A model generated the notes under the pieces. The model saw only the letters and a program-made list of their open reading frames with translations, had not been told where the DNA came from and did not search any database. The position numbers and the translations under genes are program-made. From assembly GCA_041687695.1 (NCBI GenBank), contig JAWLBL010000011.1:64001-128000 (forward strand): a stretch of DNA of 64,000 nucleotides, written 5' to 3'. Within the stretch, counting starts at the first letter, position 1. Every line of letters begins with the position of its first letter. Positions 49,696 to 59,916 of this stretch are shown here, piece after piece. This DNA comes from Myxococcota bacterium. Its GTDB lineage: Bacteria; Myxococcota_A; UBA9042; PHBI01; JAWLBL01.

Positions 49696-51378
49696 ATGAC
49701 CGGCAAGACGGTCCGCACCGCGCCCGACCCGAACCAGAAGGGGTGGCCCAGCGGCATCCCCTACATCATCGGTAACGAGGGCTGCGAGCGCTTCAGCTAT
49801 TACGGCATGAAGTCGATCCTGCAGGTCTACCTGACCGCGCTCATCCTGCAGGCGGCGGTGGGCGGCCTCGACGAGACGGTCGCCGGCAAGGAGGCCTCGA
49901 GCATCATCCACACCTTCGGCGCGGCCGTGTACGCCGTGCCGATGATCGGCGCCATCCTGGCCGACCGCCTGCTCGGCAAGTACCGCACCATCCTGTGGCT
50001 CTCCATCATCTACTGCCTGGGCCACCTCGCCCTGGCGGTCTTCGAGGACACGCTCGAGGGCATCTACCTCGGCCTCGGCCTCATCGCCATCGGCTCGGGC
50101 GGCATCAAGCCCTGCGTGTCGGCCCACGTCGGCGACCAGTTCGGCCGCTCCAACTGGCACCTCGTCAAGAAGGTCTACGAGGCCTTCTACTTCATCATCA
50201 ACTTCGGCTCCTTCTTCGCGAGCCTGCTCATCCCGTTCATCAAGGAGCACTGGGGCGTGTCCTGGGCCTTCGGCATCCCCGGCATCCTCATGGGCCTGGC
50301 GACCCTGTTCTTCTGGCTGGGCCGGCACTCCTTCGTGCACGTCCCCGCGCAGCCCGGCGGCAAGCTGGGCCTGCTCGACTTCGCCAGCGGCACCTCGCTC
50401 TTCCTCGGCGTCGCGGGCGCCTACGTCCTGGCCGGCGACCAGCCCTGGTACGTCGTCGCCGGCACCCTCCTCGGCCTCGGCGCCCTGGGCATCGGCCTGT
50501 TCGCCTGGCGCCAGCGCATCGAGCAGGACGACGGCTTCCTCGCCATCATGTTCTACGCGACCCGCCAGCTCCTCAGCCGCAAGGCCGACGAGGCCAAGCG
50601 CGCCGCCATCGTCGCCGGCGGCGGCACCCCGCCCCCGTCCGCCCCCGGCGCCGGCATCGCCGACCACTGGTTCTTCGGCCCCGCCGCCCGCCGCTTCGGC
50701 GCCGAGGCCGCCGAGGGCCCGCTCGCCGTCCTCAAGATCGTCAGCGTCTTCTTCCTGGTCATGTTCTTCTGGGCCCTGTTCGACCAGCACGGCTCGACCT
50801 GGATCACCCAGGCCCAGATGATGGACCTGACCGTCAGCCTGCCGATCGTCGGCACCTTCGAGCTGCTGCCCTCCCAGCTCCAGGCCCTCAACCCGCTGCT
50901 GGTCATGATCCTCATCCCCTTCACCTCGGTCGTCCTGTACCCGGCGCTCAGCAAGCTGGGGCTCGACATGACGCCGCTGCGCCGCATGACCCTGGGCATG
51001 TTCGTCGCCGCGCTCTCCTTCGTCGCCGTCGCCCTCATCCAGGCCCGCATCGACGCCGGCCTCGCCTCCGGCGACAAGGTCGGCGTCCTGTGGCAGTTCG
51101 TGCCCTACCTGGTCATCACCATCGCCGAGGTGATGGTCTCGGTCACCGGCCTCGAGTTCGCCTACACCCAGGCCCCGCGGCGCATGAAGTCCACCATCAT
51201 GGGCTTCTGGCTCCTCTTCGTCGCCATGGGCAACCTCCTCGTCGCCGAGCTGGTCAAGGTCGAGGGGCTGCCGCTCGTCGACTTCTTCTGGCTCTTCGCG
51301 GGCCTGATGGCCGGCGCCGCCGTCCTCTTCGGCGTCCGCGCCGCCTTCTACAAGTACAAGGACTACTCGCAGGGCTGA
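49696..51378 (+). CDS. POT/PTR proton-dependent oligopeptide transporter
   Basis: EGCERFSYYG, GSGGIKPCVSAHVGDQF, FYFIINFGS, GLEFAYTQAP. Confidence 0.93.
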   Translation: MTGKTVRTAPDPNQKGWPSGIPYIIGNEGCERFSYYGMKSILQVYLTALILQAAVGGLDETVAGKEASSIIHTFGAAVYAVPMIGAILADRLLGKYRTILWLSIIYCLGHLALAVFEDTLEGIYLGLGLIAIGSGGIKPCVSAHVGDQFGRSNWHLVKKVYEAFYFIINFGSFFASLLIPFIKEHWGVSWAFGIPGILMGLATLFFWLGRHSFVHVPAQPGGKLGLLDFASGTSLFLGVAGAYVLAGDQPWYVVAGTLLGLGALGIGLFAWRQRIEQDDGFLAIMFYATRQLLSRKADEAKRAAIVAGGGTPPPSAPGAGIADHWFFGPAARRFGAEAAEGPLAVLKIVSVFFLVMFFWALFDQHGSTWITQAQMMDLTVSLPIVGTFELLPSQLQALNPLLVMILIPFTSVVLYPALSKLGLDMTPLRRMTLGMFVAALSFVAVALIQARIDAGLASGDKVGVLWQFVPYLVITIAEVMVSVTGLEFAYTQAPRRMKSTIMGFWLLFVAMGNLLVAELVKVEGLPLVDFFWLFAGLMAGAAVLFGVRAAFYKYKDYSQG

Positions 51379-51461
51379 GGCGGCCGCGGCAATAACCTTG
51401 CCGCGGCGCACGCTTGCCCCGAAGCTGCCTCCTCGCGCACCCCAGCCCGAGGAGGCCCGCC

Positions 51462-53360
51462 ATGGTCCCTGGCGCCGCCCGTTCGCCCGCCGCCGCCCGC
51501 GAGCTGACGCTCCGCGTCTTCCTGCTCGGCCTCCTCCTGTCGGCCGTCATGGGCGCGGCCAACGTCTACCTGGGCCTCAAGGCCGGCATGACCGTCTCGG
51601 CCTCCATCCCGGCCGCCGTCGTCGCCATGCTGATCCTGCGCGGCCTGCTGCGCACCGGCACCCTCCTCGAGGCCAACCAGGTCCAGACCGCGGCCTCGGC
51701 CGGCGAGTCGCTCGCCGCCGGCATCATCTTCACCCTGCCGGCCCTGGTCCTGCTTGGCCTGTGGACCGAGTTCCCCTGGTGGACCACCACCCTCATCGCC
51801 CTGTCCGGCGGCGTGCTCGGCATCCTCTTCATGATCCCGATGCGCCGCGTCTTCGTGCTGCCGTCCAACGACCCGGACAACGAGCTGGCCTTCCCCGAGG
51901 GCGTCGCCTGCGCCCGCGTCCTCGAGGCCGGCGACCGCGGCGAGGGCGGCGCCGGCGACGCCTGGACCATCGTCTGGGGCGCCCTGCTCGGCGCCGCCGT
52001 CAAGGGCCTCACCAGCGTGGTCACCCTGGTCCGCGCCACCGTCGAGGGCGCCGTCACGGCCGGCGGGTCGGTCCTGTACTACGGTGCCGACATCTCGCCC
52101 GCCCTGGTCGCCGTCGGCTTCATCGTCCGCCTCAACGTCGCCGCCCTCATCTTCATCGGCGGCGCGCTCGCCTGGCTGGTCGCCCTGCCCATCCTCTCCG
52201 CCGCCGACGCCAGCGCCGAGCCCGCCCTCGACCAGGCCTGGAGCCTGTGGTCCGGCCAGATCCGCTACATCGGCGTCGGCGCCATGGTCGTCGCCGGCCT
52301 CGCCTCCATCGTCAAGGTGCGCCGCTCGCTGCTCGCCGCCCTCCGCGAGCTGCGCCGCCGCCCCGACGCCCACGCCACCACCGACGACCGCGACCGCGAC
52401 CTGCCGGGCGCCGCCATCGCCGGCCTCGCCGCCCTGGCCATCCTCATCGTCGGCGGCCTGTACTTCCACCTCACCGGCGACCTGCCCATCACCCTGGCGA
52501 CCACCGTCATCATGGTGATCCTGGCCTTCTTCCTGACCGCCGTCGCCAGCTACATCGTCGGCCTCGTCGGCAACTCCAACAGCCCCGTCAGCGGCATGAC
52601 CATCACCGCGGTCCTGGTGACCGGCGGGCTGCTGCTGCTGTTCGGCTTCACCGGCGAGGACGGCATCCTGGCCACCCTGGGGGTCGCCGCCGTCGTCTGC
52701 TGCGTCGCCTGCACGTCGGGCGACGTCTGCAACGACCTCAAGACCGGCTCGCTGGTCGGCGCGACCCCCTGGCGGCAGCAGGTCATGCAGATCGCCGGCG
52801 TCGCCATCGCCGCCGGCGTCATGGCGCCCGTCCTGAACCTGCTCCACGAGACCTGGCCCCTCGGCTCGCGCGAGCTGTCCGCCCCGCAGGCCCAGCTCTT
52901 CGCCAGCCTGGCCAGCGCCTTCTTCGGCGAGGGCACGCTCCCCCGCGACATGGTCTACGCCGGCGCGGCCCTGGGCGCCGCCATCCTGGTCCTCGACGGC
53001 TTCCTCGCCCGCCGCGGCGCCACCTTCCGCGCCCACCTGATGCCCATCGCCGTCGGCATGTACCTGCCCTTCGGCCTCGCCACCCCCATCCTGCTGGGCG
53101 GCCTGATGGCCCACGCGCTGGCCCGCGGCACCAAGACCCACGACGAGGCCGAGTCCCGCCTGTCCCGCGGCGTCCTGTTCGGCTCGGGCCTCATCGCGGG
53201 CGAGTCGCTGATGGGCGTCGGCGTCGCGCTGCTGTTCCAGTTCGGTCTCGCCGAGCTGGACACCGGCCTGTCGGACCTGGTCCGCGACCTCGTGTCCATC
53301 GGCGCCGGCCTGGCCATCCTGGTCCTGTACCGCGTCGCCGCCCGCCGCCGCGCCGCCTGA
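51462..53360 (+). CDS. OPT-family oligopeptide transporter
   Basis: YLGLKAGMTVSASIPAAV, FPEGVAC, SPVSG, DLKTG, APQA; GGAGG RBS. Confidence 0.93.
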   Translation: MVPGAARSPAAARELTLRVFLLGLLLSAVMGAANVYLGLKAGMTVSASIPAAVVAMLILRGLLRTGTLLEANQVQTAASAGESLAAGIIFTLPALVLLGLWTEFPWWTTTLIALSGGVLGILFMIPMRRVFVLPSNDPDNELAFPEGVACARVLEAGDRGEGGAGDAWTIVWGALLGAAVKGLTSVVTLVRATVEGAVTAGGSVLYYGADISPALVAVGFIVRLNVAALIFIGGALAWLVALPILSAADASAEPALDQAWSLWSGQIRYIGVGAMVVAGLASIVKVRRSLLAALRELRRRPDAHATTDDRDRDLPGAAIAGLAALAILIVGGLYFHLTGDLPITLATTVIMVILAFFLTAVASYIVGLVGNSNSPVSGMTITAVLVTGGLLLLFGFTGEDGILATLGVAAVVCCVACTSGDVCNDLKTGSLVGATPWRQQVMQIAGVAIAAGVMAPVLNLLHETWPLGSRELSAPQAQLFASLASAFFGEGTLPRDMVYAGAALGAAILVLDGFLARRGATFRAHLMPIAVGMYLPFGLATPILLGGLMAHALARGTKTHDEAESRLSRGVLFGSGLIAGESLMGVGVALLFQFGLAELDTGLSDLVRDLVSIGAGLAILVLYRVAARRRAA

Positions 53361-53593
53361 ACCCCGGTCTCGAGGCCGGCGACGCCGTCAACCCCGCTCC
53401 CAAGGCCCTCAGCGAGGGGTGGTGACCCGAGAACCCGAGCGGGTGGGGCCGCCGGAGCGCTTGGTGAGGTCGCCGGAGGCCCTGGTGAGGGCGTCAGGGG
53501 GCCATGGTGGGGCCCTTAGCAGGGGGTGGTGAGGCGGAAACCGGGCCTGGTGGCCAAATTTTCCCCACTCGCGAAGGCTCGAAGGGGGGCGCG

Positions 53594-54340
53594 TCAGGCC
53601 CCCGGCAGGTCCAGGGCCGCTCGGATGGCCGCCATCTCGTCGGTCCAGGCTCCGTCGGCGCGACGCACGGCCAGCTCCACCACCTCGACCTGGGCCGAGG
53701 CCGCGCGCCCCGCCTGATAGGCGACATAGCGCGGCGCCGCCCCCTGCTTGGGCGCGAACCGGATGACCCGGCGCAGCCTCAGCCCCGCCTCGGCGATCGC
53801 CCGCCGGCAGCGCTCGTCCTGCGCCCCGTCCATCAGCAGCGACGCCACGCCGTCGGGTCCCAGCCACCGCGCGGCGGCCTGGGCGTAGCCTTCGACGCCG
53901 CCCCGGATCTCGAAGCGCCCCGCGGCCCGCTGCGCGTCGGCCGGCAGCGGCCCCGAGCCCAACGGCATGAACGGCGGGCTGCCCGTCACCAGGTCGAAGC
54001 CGGCCTCACCCGCCAGCAGCTGGGGATCCCGCAGGTCTCCCAGCACCCCGCGCGCCCGGTCGCCCACCTCGTTCTCGGCCAGGTTGCGCTGGAGCAGCGC
54101 GAACGAGACCTCCTGGGCCTCGACGCCCACCAGGCGCGCCTGGGGCAGGGCCCCGGCCAGCATCAGCGTGACCGAGCCCTGGCCGCAGCCCAGGTCCAGC
54201 ACCCGCCGCGCGCCCGGGCAGGCCTGCAGCCCCGCCCACGCGCACAGCACGTCGTCGGTGGCCGAGCGGTGCCCGCGCCGGCGCTGCCACAGGTGGTAGC
54301 GTCGGGTCAGCTGGACCCGCTCGAGCTCGCCGTCCTGCAA
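53594..54340 (-). CDS. SAM-dependent methyltransferase, tRNA1(Val) A37 N6-MTase-like
   Basis: VLDLGCGQG, GVEAQ, DLVTGSPPF, RFE; TTG start inferred. Confidence 0.8.
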   Translation of the reverse strand: MQDGELERVQLTRRYHLWQRRRGHRSATDDVLCAWAGLQACPGARRVLDLGCGQGSVTLMLAGALPQARLVGVEAQEVSFALLQRNLAENEVGDRARGVLGDLRDPQLLAGEAGFDLVTGSPPFMPLGSGPLPADAQRAAGRFEIRGGVEGYAQAAARWLGPDGVASLLMDGAQDERCRRAIAEAGLRLRRVIRFAPKQGAAPRYVAYQAGRAASAQVEVVELAVRRADGAWTDEMAAIRAALDLPGA

Positions 54341-54345
54341 GACCG

Positions 54346-56754
54346 TCAGCCCCCCAGCAGCGACCGGATGGTCGCCCGGGTCTGCTCGATCTCGCCGTCC
54401 TTGTAGCCGATGACCCGCTGCTTCACGACGCCGTCCTTGCCGATGATGAAGCTGGTCGGCATCGCGTTGATGTCGAAGTCGCTCATCGTGCGGGCCATCG
54501 GGTCCAGGGCCACCGTGAAGTTCGGCGCCAGCTCGGTGATGTAGCTCCGCCCCCGGGCCGCGTCGCGGTCGACGTTGATGGCGACCACCTGGAAGCCCTT
54601 GGCGGCCCACTCGTCCTGCCACGCCTTGATGGCCGGCATCTGCTTTCGGCAGTTGCCGCACCACGAGGCGAAGAAGGTCAGGTAGGTCACCTTGCCCTGG
54701 AAGCTGCCCGGCTCGAGCTTGCCGCCCTCCAGGGTGTCGAGCACCAGATCCTGCGGGACGCCCTTGCCGACGATCTCCTCGATGCTGGTGTCCTGGACCT
54801 CGTCAGCCTTGGCGACGCTCTGCACCTGGGTGTCGGCGCAGCAGCGGAAGCCGGTCGTGTCGTTCTTGATGCCCGCGCCGTAGGTCGTCGTGCGGCGCCG
54901 GCAGGTCGCGCTGGTCTCGCTGCGCCAGTCGCCGCCCATCATGGTGGCGTCCTTGTCGGTCGCGCCGACCCACTCGTACAGGTTGCCCGCCAGATCGTAG
55001 GCGCCCTCGGGCGTGCGGCAGCCCGGGTTGGCGCCGGTCGGCCCGGCCGCGCCCTTGTACTTGTCCTCGGACTCGCGGCAGGCGCCCTTCTCGTAGAAGG
55101 CGCCGTACGGGTACATGCGCCCGGTCACCGTGCCGTCCGAGAAGATGCCGTTGTTGTTGTCGTCGGCCGCCGGCTCGCCGATGCAGGCCGAGACCCACTC
55201 CTCCTCGGTGCACAGGCGCTTGCCGGCTTTTTCGCAGGCGGCCTTGGCGTCGAACCAGCTGGCCAGGGCCGGCTTGACGTTGGGCAGGCTGACCGCGCGG
55301 CCCTGGGCGTCGATGGAGGCCTCGAAGGCGTCGATCCAGAACGGCCCGGAGGCCTTCTTCATCTGGACCATGGTCGGCGTCTCGGCCGTGGCGGCCCTGG
55401 CCTCGGCGGCCGGCGGGGCGACCGGGTACTTCTCGGCCATCTGGATGTAGTAGTCGAGCACGTCGGTCGCCACCGAGCCCGTGACCAGCCGGTTGTTCAC
55501 GTACACCCGCGGCGTGCCGTTGATGCGCATCTGGCCCGCGAGGCGCACGTCGGCGTCGATCTTCTGCTTGGGCCGGTCGCTCTTGACGCACTCGTCGAAC
55601 TTGGCCAGATCCAGGCCGATCTTCTCGGCGTAGCCGCGCACGTCCGCGTCCGAGAACCGGGGCTGGTTCTGGTACAGGGCGTCGTGCATCTCCTTGAACT
55701 TGCCCTGCTCCCAGGCGCAGTGCGCGGCGTAGGCCGAGCGGCAGGCGCCCTCGTGCATGCGCGCGCCCTGCATGCGGAAGTTGCAGTCGCCGTTCATCGG
55801 GTAGTGCTTGAAGACGAAGCGGACCTTGTCCTTGTACTTCGCCTCGAGCGGCTTGGTCTGGTAGCTGAGGAAGCGGCAGAAGCCGCACTCGAAGTCCTTG
55901 ACGGTGACCACCGTGACCTTGGCGTCGGCCGGGCCGGTGACGTAGTCCGTCTGCGGATCGACCGGGACCTCGAAGTAGTCCCAGCCGTTCTCGGTCAGCT
56001 TGGGGGTCGGCTTGGCGGCCGGGGCCGTCGGCTGCGCGGCCTGGGCCTGCGCGGCGCCGGCCATCGCGGTCGGCGTCTCGGCCTGCGCGCCCTCGGCCAT
56101 CGCGGTCGGCGTCTCGGCCGGCGCGACCTGCTCGAACTGGGCGGCGATGCGCGCCTGGCGCTGCTCGAGCATGTTCGTGCGGCCCTGCTCGTAGACCAGG
56201 TAGCTGCCGGCGCCGGTCACGACCAGCACGGCCGCGGCCGAGGCCACCGGCGCGCGGAAGGCCTTGAGCGCCCCGAGCGCGTCCTGGACGATGCCGCCTA
56301 CGCCGCCGCCGTGCGCCGCGAAGGCGAGCCCGGTGGTCGCCGCGTTGACGACGTACATCGAGATGCAGAACAGGCAGAAGGCGCCGATCTGCGTCCCGGA
56401 CACGACCGCCAGGTAGACGGTGTGGACGACGGTCAGCGCGCCCAGGCCTGCGAGGCACGCGACGGCGGTGCGAGACGTCAGGCCACGCAGCGCCAGGAAG
56501 GCCATGACCAGGTAGGTCGGGATGGCGTACAGCGCCAGCGGTAGCCCGAAGACCTCGGAGGCCGGGTGCGTCTGCACGGCGTCGCAGTTGAGCCGGCCGC
56601 CGAAGTTGCAGGCGCTGACGAAGGTCTCGTCGTAGCCGAGGCGGAGCTTGATGAAGACGAGATAGGCGGCGACACCGACGCCGGCCAGGAGCAGGGCGAT
56701 CGCGGCCTTGAGCGGCCAAGAACGCGCGGGTGCGCTGTCGACCTGGCTGTTCAC
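54346..56754 (-). CDS. VKOR + DsbA-like + FGE-sulfatase-fold + TlpA thioredoxin fusion (802 aa)
   Basis: GTG after GGAGG. VKOR: C..C loop and CLFC. DsbA: DFECGFC, FKHYP, GTP. FGE fold: FWIDAFE, KRLCTEEEW, DLAGNLYEW, GFRCC. TlpA: FASWCGNC, MPTSFII. Confidence 0.88.
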   Translation of the reverse strand: MNSQVDSAPARSWPLKAAIALLLAGVGVAAYLVFIKLRLGYDETFVSACNFGGRLNCDAVQTHPASEVFGLPLALYAIPTYLVMAFLALRGLTSRTAVACLAGLGALTVVHTVYLAVVSGTQIGAFCLFCISMYVVNAATTGLAFAAHGGGVGGIVQDALGALKAFRAPVASAAAVLVVTGAGSYLVYEQGRTNMLEQRQARIAAQFEQVAPAETPTAMAEGAQAETPTAMAGAAQAQAAQPTAPAAKPTPKLTENGWDYFEVPVDPQTDYVTGPADAKVTVVTVKDFECGFCRFLSYQTKPLEAKYKDKVRFVFKHYPMNGDCNFRMQGARMHEGACRSAYAAHCAWEQGKFKEMHDALYQNQPRFSDADVRGYAEKIGLDLAKFDECVKSDRPKQKIDADVRLAGQMRINGTPRVYVNNRLVTGSVATDVLDYYIQMAEKYPVAPPAAEARAATAETPTMVQMKKASGPFWIDAFEASIDAQGRAVSLPNVKPALASWFDAKAACEKAGKRLCTEEEWVSACIGEPAADDNNNGIFSDGTVTGRMYPYGAFYEKGACRESEDKYKGAAGPTGANPGCRTPEGAYDLAGNLYEWVGATDKDATMMGGDWRSETSATCRRRTTTYGAGIKNDTTGFRCCADTQVQSVAKADEVQDTSIEEIVGKGVPQDLVLDTLEGGKLEPGSFQGKVTYLTFFASWCGNCRKQMPAIKAWQDEWAAKGFQVVAINVDRDAARGRSYITELAPNFTVALDPMARTMSDFDINAMPTSFIIGKDGVVKQRVIGYKDGEIEQTRATIRSLLGG

Positions 56755-56912
56755 CTGATGACCTCCGTGACGAGTGAGCCCGAACGCGCCGGAAGGCGCG
56801 GAATCCGGCGGGTTTTCTACCGACTGGACCTTCCCCCTGTCCAGCTGCGGTACCGCCCAAACGCGCGAGCGCGCACGCGGGTTCAACCCGTGGGTGCGCT
56901 TTTTCGCGCGGA

Positions 56913-58751
56913 TCAGTCGCTGACGGAGGGGCCGTGGGCGGGGGTGCCGGTGAACTCGGCGACCAGGTCGTAGCGGCCGGGCCGCTGGTCGTCCGGCAGG
57001 GCCAGCTCGGCGGCGTAGCGGCCATCGGCGCCCAGGGCGGTGACCCCGAGCAGGGCGACCGCGCGCCCCTCGTCGTCGACCAGCAGCAGCTGCACCTGCC
57101 CCTGGGTCACGGGCCGGCCCACGTTGTCGACCACCTGCCCGGTCAGCTCGACCTTGTCGCCGCGGTACAAGAGCGACGCGTCGGCGCTGAGCGACGTGCG
57201 CGTAGGGGGGCGCCGCTGGTCGGGGACCGCGCGCCGCACTCGGGCGTCGAGCAGGCGCGACAGGCGCGAGGCCAGGCCGTCGTCGCCGCTGGGCTCGGCC
57301 GGCGGGGTGCCCGGGCGGCGGCGGGTGGCGGGGGGCATGCCCTGGGTGCGCATGGCGCCGGCGGCCTGGTCGCCGGCGATCTGGCGCGCGTAGGCGTCGG
57401 GCCGATCGAAGGGGTCGCGGGTGCGTGGGCGGTGGCGGACCTTGTCCTGCCCGGCGTGGACGACCAGCTCCTCGGCGCCGCCGCCGAGATCGACCCGCAG
57501 CCAGCCGGGCTCGTCGCCCGGGACCCACAGCTCGGCGAAGACGTGGGCCTCGTTGTAGACGTAGCGCGCCGGCAGCCCGAGCCCCAGCGCCGTCACGACC
57601 AGCGCGAAGGTGCGGTGGCGGCACACGCCTTTGCGGCCGGTCGCCAGATCCAGGTAGATGTCCTCGGTCGAGGCCGGCGGGTCGCCCGGCTCGAAGGCGC
57701 GGAAGTAGGCGACGAGCTTGCCGACCAGCACGTCGTAGGGCGTGCGGGCCGAGACGCCGAGCGTGCTGGCGAAGGTGCGGGCGGCGCGGCCGACCGCGTC
57801 GGGCACGGCGGGCTGCATGTCGCGCGGCACGTCGCGAAGGGTCGCGTTGGTCGGCAGCTCGCGGCCGAAGTAGCGGGTCGGCGCGTCCATGACGAAGACC
57901 AGCCGGAAGCGGCCGTCGGTCGCGGCGCGGACGTAGTAGTTGTCCGCCCCGTCCTTGAAGAAGCGGACGCCGACGTCGGGGACGGTCTCGGCGGACAGGA
58001 TGCGGCTGTCGGGGCTGACGCTGGGCAGCGGGACGTCGACGCCGGCGCGGCCGTCGACCAGGAGCGAGCCCCAGAAGACCTCTCGGCCGGCGTCGACCTG
58101 GTTGCCGACGGGGCGCAGCTCGGTCAGCGTCGACGGGCGCAGCTGGAGCGTGTAGTCGGCGCCGACGCCGTCGAAGGCGCGGTTGCGCTTGAAGGGCACG
58201 ATCGAGGGATCGAAGACCGCGTGATAGTCGAGCCGGCCCTCCATCTGGGTCGCGCGGTCGGGGTTGACCGCGTCCGTCGACAGGCGCCGGGGGTCGACGC
58301 GCGCCGGGGAGGCGGGGGGCGCGGGGGGCGCGTCGGGGTCGGCGTCGGGCGGCGTGGGCGTCGGCTCGGGGGTGGACGGCGCCGGGTCGTCGGGGCCGCG
58401 GCCGTCGGCTGGCAGCACGCCCGCTTCGGCGTAGACCGCCTCGCCCCCGGCGGGCGTGGTGTCGCGGCGCGGCGTGGGCAGGGACTGTCCGTCTCGCAGC
58501 AGCTCGCGCGGCAGGCTGCCGCCGCGGACCGGGTCGTACAGGAAGATGGGCCCCTGCCCGCGGGCGCCGGCCGCCGTCGGCAGGCGCCGGTGCAGGATGG
58601 CGCGGCCGTCCGGGGTGCGCGAGACCTCGCCGCGCTCGTCGGGCGGCGAGGTCTGGGCCTGCGCCATTCCGAAGACCGTCAGGCCGGCCGCCGCCGTGAG
58701 CAGCGTGGAGAGCGCGACGACGCGGGCGCGGGCGGAGCGGGGAGGGCGCAT
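56913..58751 (-). CDS. Exported transglutaminase-like domain protein
   Basis: Signal peptide; GVCRH...AHVFAE...WLRVD (Cys-His-Asp triad); Ig-like C-terminus. Confidence 0.8.
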   Translation of the reverse strand: MRPPRSARARVVALSTLLTAAAGLTVFGMAQAQTSPPDERGEVSRTPDGRAILHRRLPTAAGARGQGPIFLYDPVRGGSLPRELLRDGQSLPTPRRDTTPAGGEAVYAEAGVLPADGRGPDDPAPSTPEPTPTPPDADPDAPPAPPASPARVDPRRLSTDAVNPDRATQMEGRLDYHAVFDPSIVPFKRNRAFDGVGADYTLQLRPSTLTELRPVGNQVDAGREVFWGSLLVDGRAGVDVPLPSVSPDSRILSAETVPDVGVRFFKDGADNYYVRAATDGRFRLVFVMDAPTRYFGRELPTNATLRDVPRDMQPAVPDAVGRAARTFASTLGVSARTPYDVLVGKLVAYFRAFEPGDPPASTEDIYLDLATGRKGVCRHRTFALVVTALGLGLPARYVYNEAHVFAELWVPGDEPGWLRVDLGGGAEELVVHAGQDKVRHRPRTRDPFDRPDAYARQIAGDQAAGAMRTQGMPPATRRRPGTPPAEPSGDDGLASRLSRLLDARVRRAVPDQRRPPTRTSLSADASLLYRGDKVELTGQVVDNVGRPVTQGQVQLLLVDDEGRAVALLGVTALGADGRYAAELALPDDQRPGRYDLVAEFTGTPAHGPSVSD

Positions 58752-58905
58752 CGGACCCATCTCGCCAGCGCGGCCGCGCGGCGTCAAGCCCCGGGCGCGC
58801 CGTGCGAGCGCCTGGCGCCTTGTGCTCACGGGGGCTTTCGACTAATGCGACGGGCCTCGACCCCACCCACGGACGAGCCATCCCACGGACGAAAGGACGC
58901 GCCCC

Positions 58906-59913
58906 ATGAAGCTCGCCACGCTCGACGACGGCACCCGCGACGGCCGGCTCCTGGTCGTCACCCGCGACGGCCGCCGCGCCGCCCCCACCGACGGCATCGC
59001 CCGCACCCTGCAGGACGCGCTGGACCGCTGGGACGCCGCCGAGGCGCCCCTGCGCGCCCTCGCCGACGCCCTCGAGGCCGGCCGCGCCGCTGGCGCCTTC
59101 GATCTCGACGTCTCGCGCCTGCTCGCGCCGCTGCCCCGCGCCTACGCCTGGATCGACGGCTCGGCCTTCCTGAACCACGTCGAGCTGGTCCGCAAGGCGC
59201 GCGGCGCCGAGATGCCCGCCTCCTTCCTGACCGACCCGCTGGTCTACCAGGGCGGGTCCGACCGCTTCCTGGCGCCCACCGAGCCCATCGCCCACGCCAC
59301 GACCGAGTGGGGCATCGACTTCGAGGCCGAGGTCGCCGTCATCACCGGCGACGTCCCCTACGGCACGTCCGCCGCCGAGGCGCTGACCCACGTGCGTCTG
59401 CTGGTGCTGGTCAACGACGTGTCGCTGCGCAACCTCATCCCGAACGAGCTGGGCAAGGGCTTCGGCTTCTTCGTCTCCAAGCCGCCCAGCGCGCTGTCGC
59501 CCTTCGCCGTCACCCCGGACGAGCTCGGCGACGCCTGGCGAGACGGCCGCCTGCACCTGCCGCTCGAGGTGACCTACAACGACGCGCGCTTCGGCGATCC
59601 GGTCGCCGGCGACGAGATGCAGTTCGGCTTCCACGAGCTCATCGCGCACGTCAGCCGCACGCGCCCGCTCGGCGCCGGGACCGTGCTCGGCTCGGGCACC
59701 GTCTCCAACCGCGACCGGGCCCGCGGGTCGTGCTGCCTCGCCGAAAAGCGCATGATCGAGAAGATCGAGACCGGCGCCATGACGACGCCGTTCATGGCCT
59801 TCGGCGACCGGGTCCGCATCGAGATGAGGCAGGACGGCCGCTCGATCTTCGGCGCCATCGAGCAGACGGTGGTCGAGGGCGCGACCGGGTTCGGGCCCGG
59901 CACGAAGGGCTGA
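58906..59913 (+). CDS. Fumarylacetoacetate hydrolase family protein
   Basis: DGSAFLNH, IDFEAEVAV, NDVSLRN, GSGTVSN. Confidence 0.92.
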   Translation: MKLATLDDGTRDGRLLVVTRDGRRAAPTDGIARTLQDALDRWDAAEAPLRALADALEAGRAAGAFDLDVSRLLAPLPRAYAWIDGSAFLNHVELVRKARGAEMPASFLTDPLVYQGGSDRFLAPTEPIAHATTEWGIDFEAEVAVITGDVPYGTSAAEALTHVRLLVLVNDVSLRNLIPNELGKGFGFFVSKPPSALSPFAVTPDELGDAWRDGRLHLPLEVTYNDARFGDPVAGDEMQFGFHELIAHVSRTRPLGAGTVLGSGTVSNRDRARGSCCLAEKRMIEKIETGAMTTPFMAFGDRVRIEMRQDGRSIFGAIEQTVVEGATGFGPGTKG

Positions 59914-59916
59914 GGG

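Noticed and set aside
49696..53360. POT plus OPT transporter pair as a special system
   Set aside because: Both are ordinary peptide-uptake families, and adjacency alone is weak evidence.
54820..55370. DGR target (FGE/C-type lectin fold)
   Set aside because: No reverse transcriptase or template repeat is visible, and the domain is internal.
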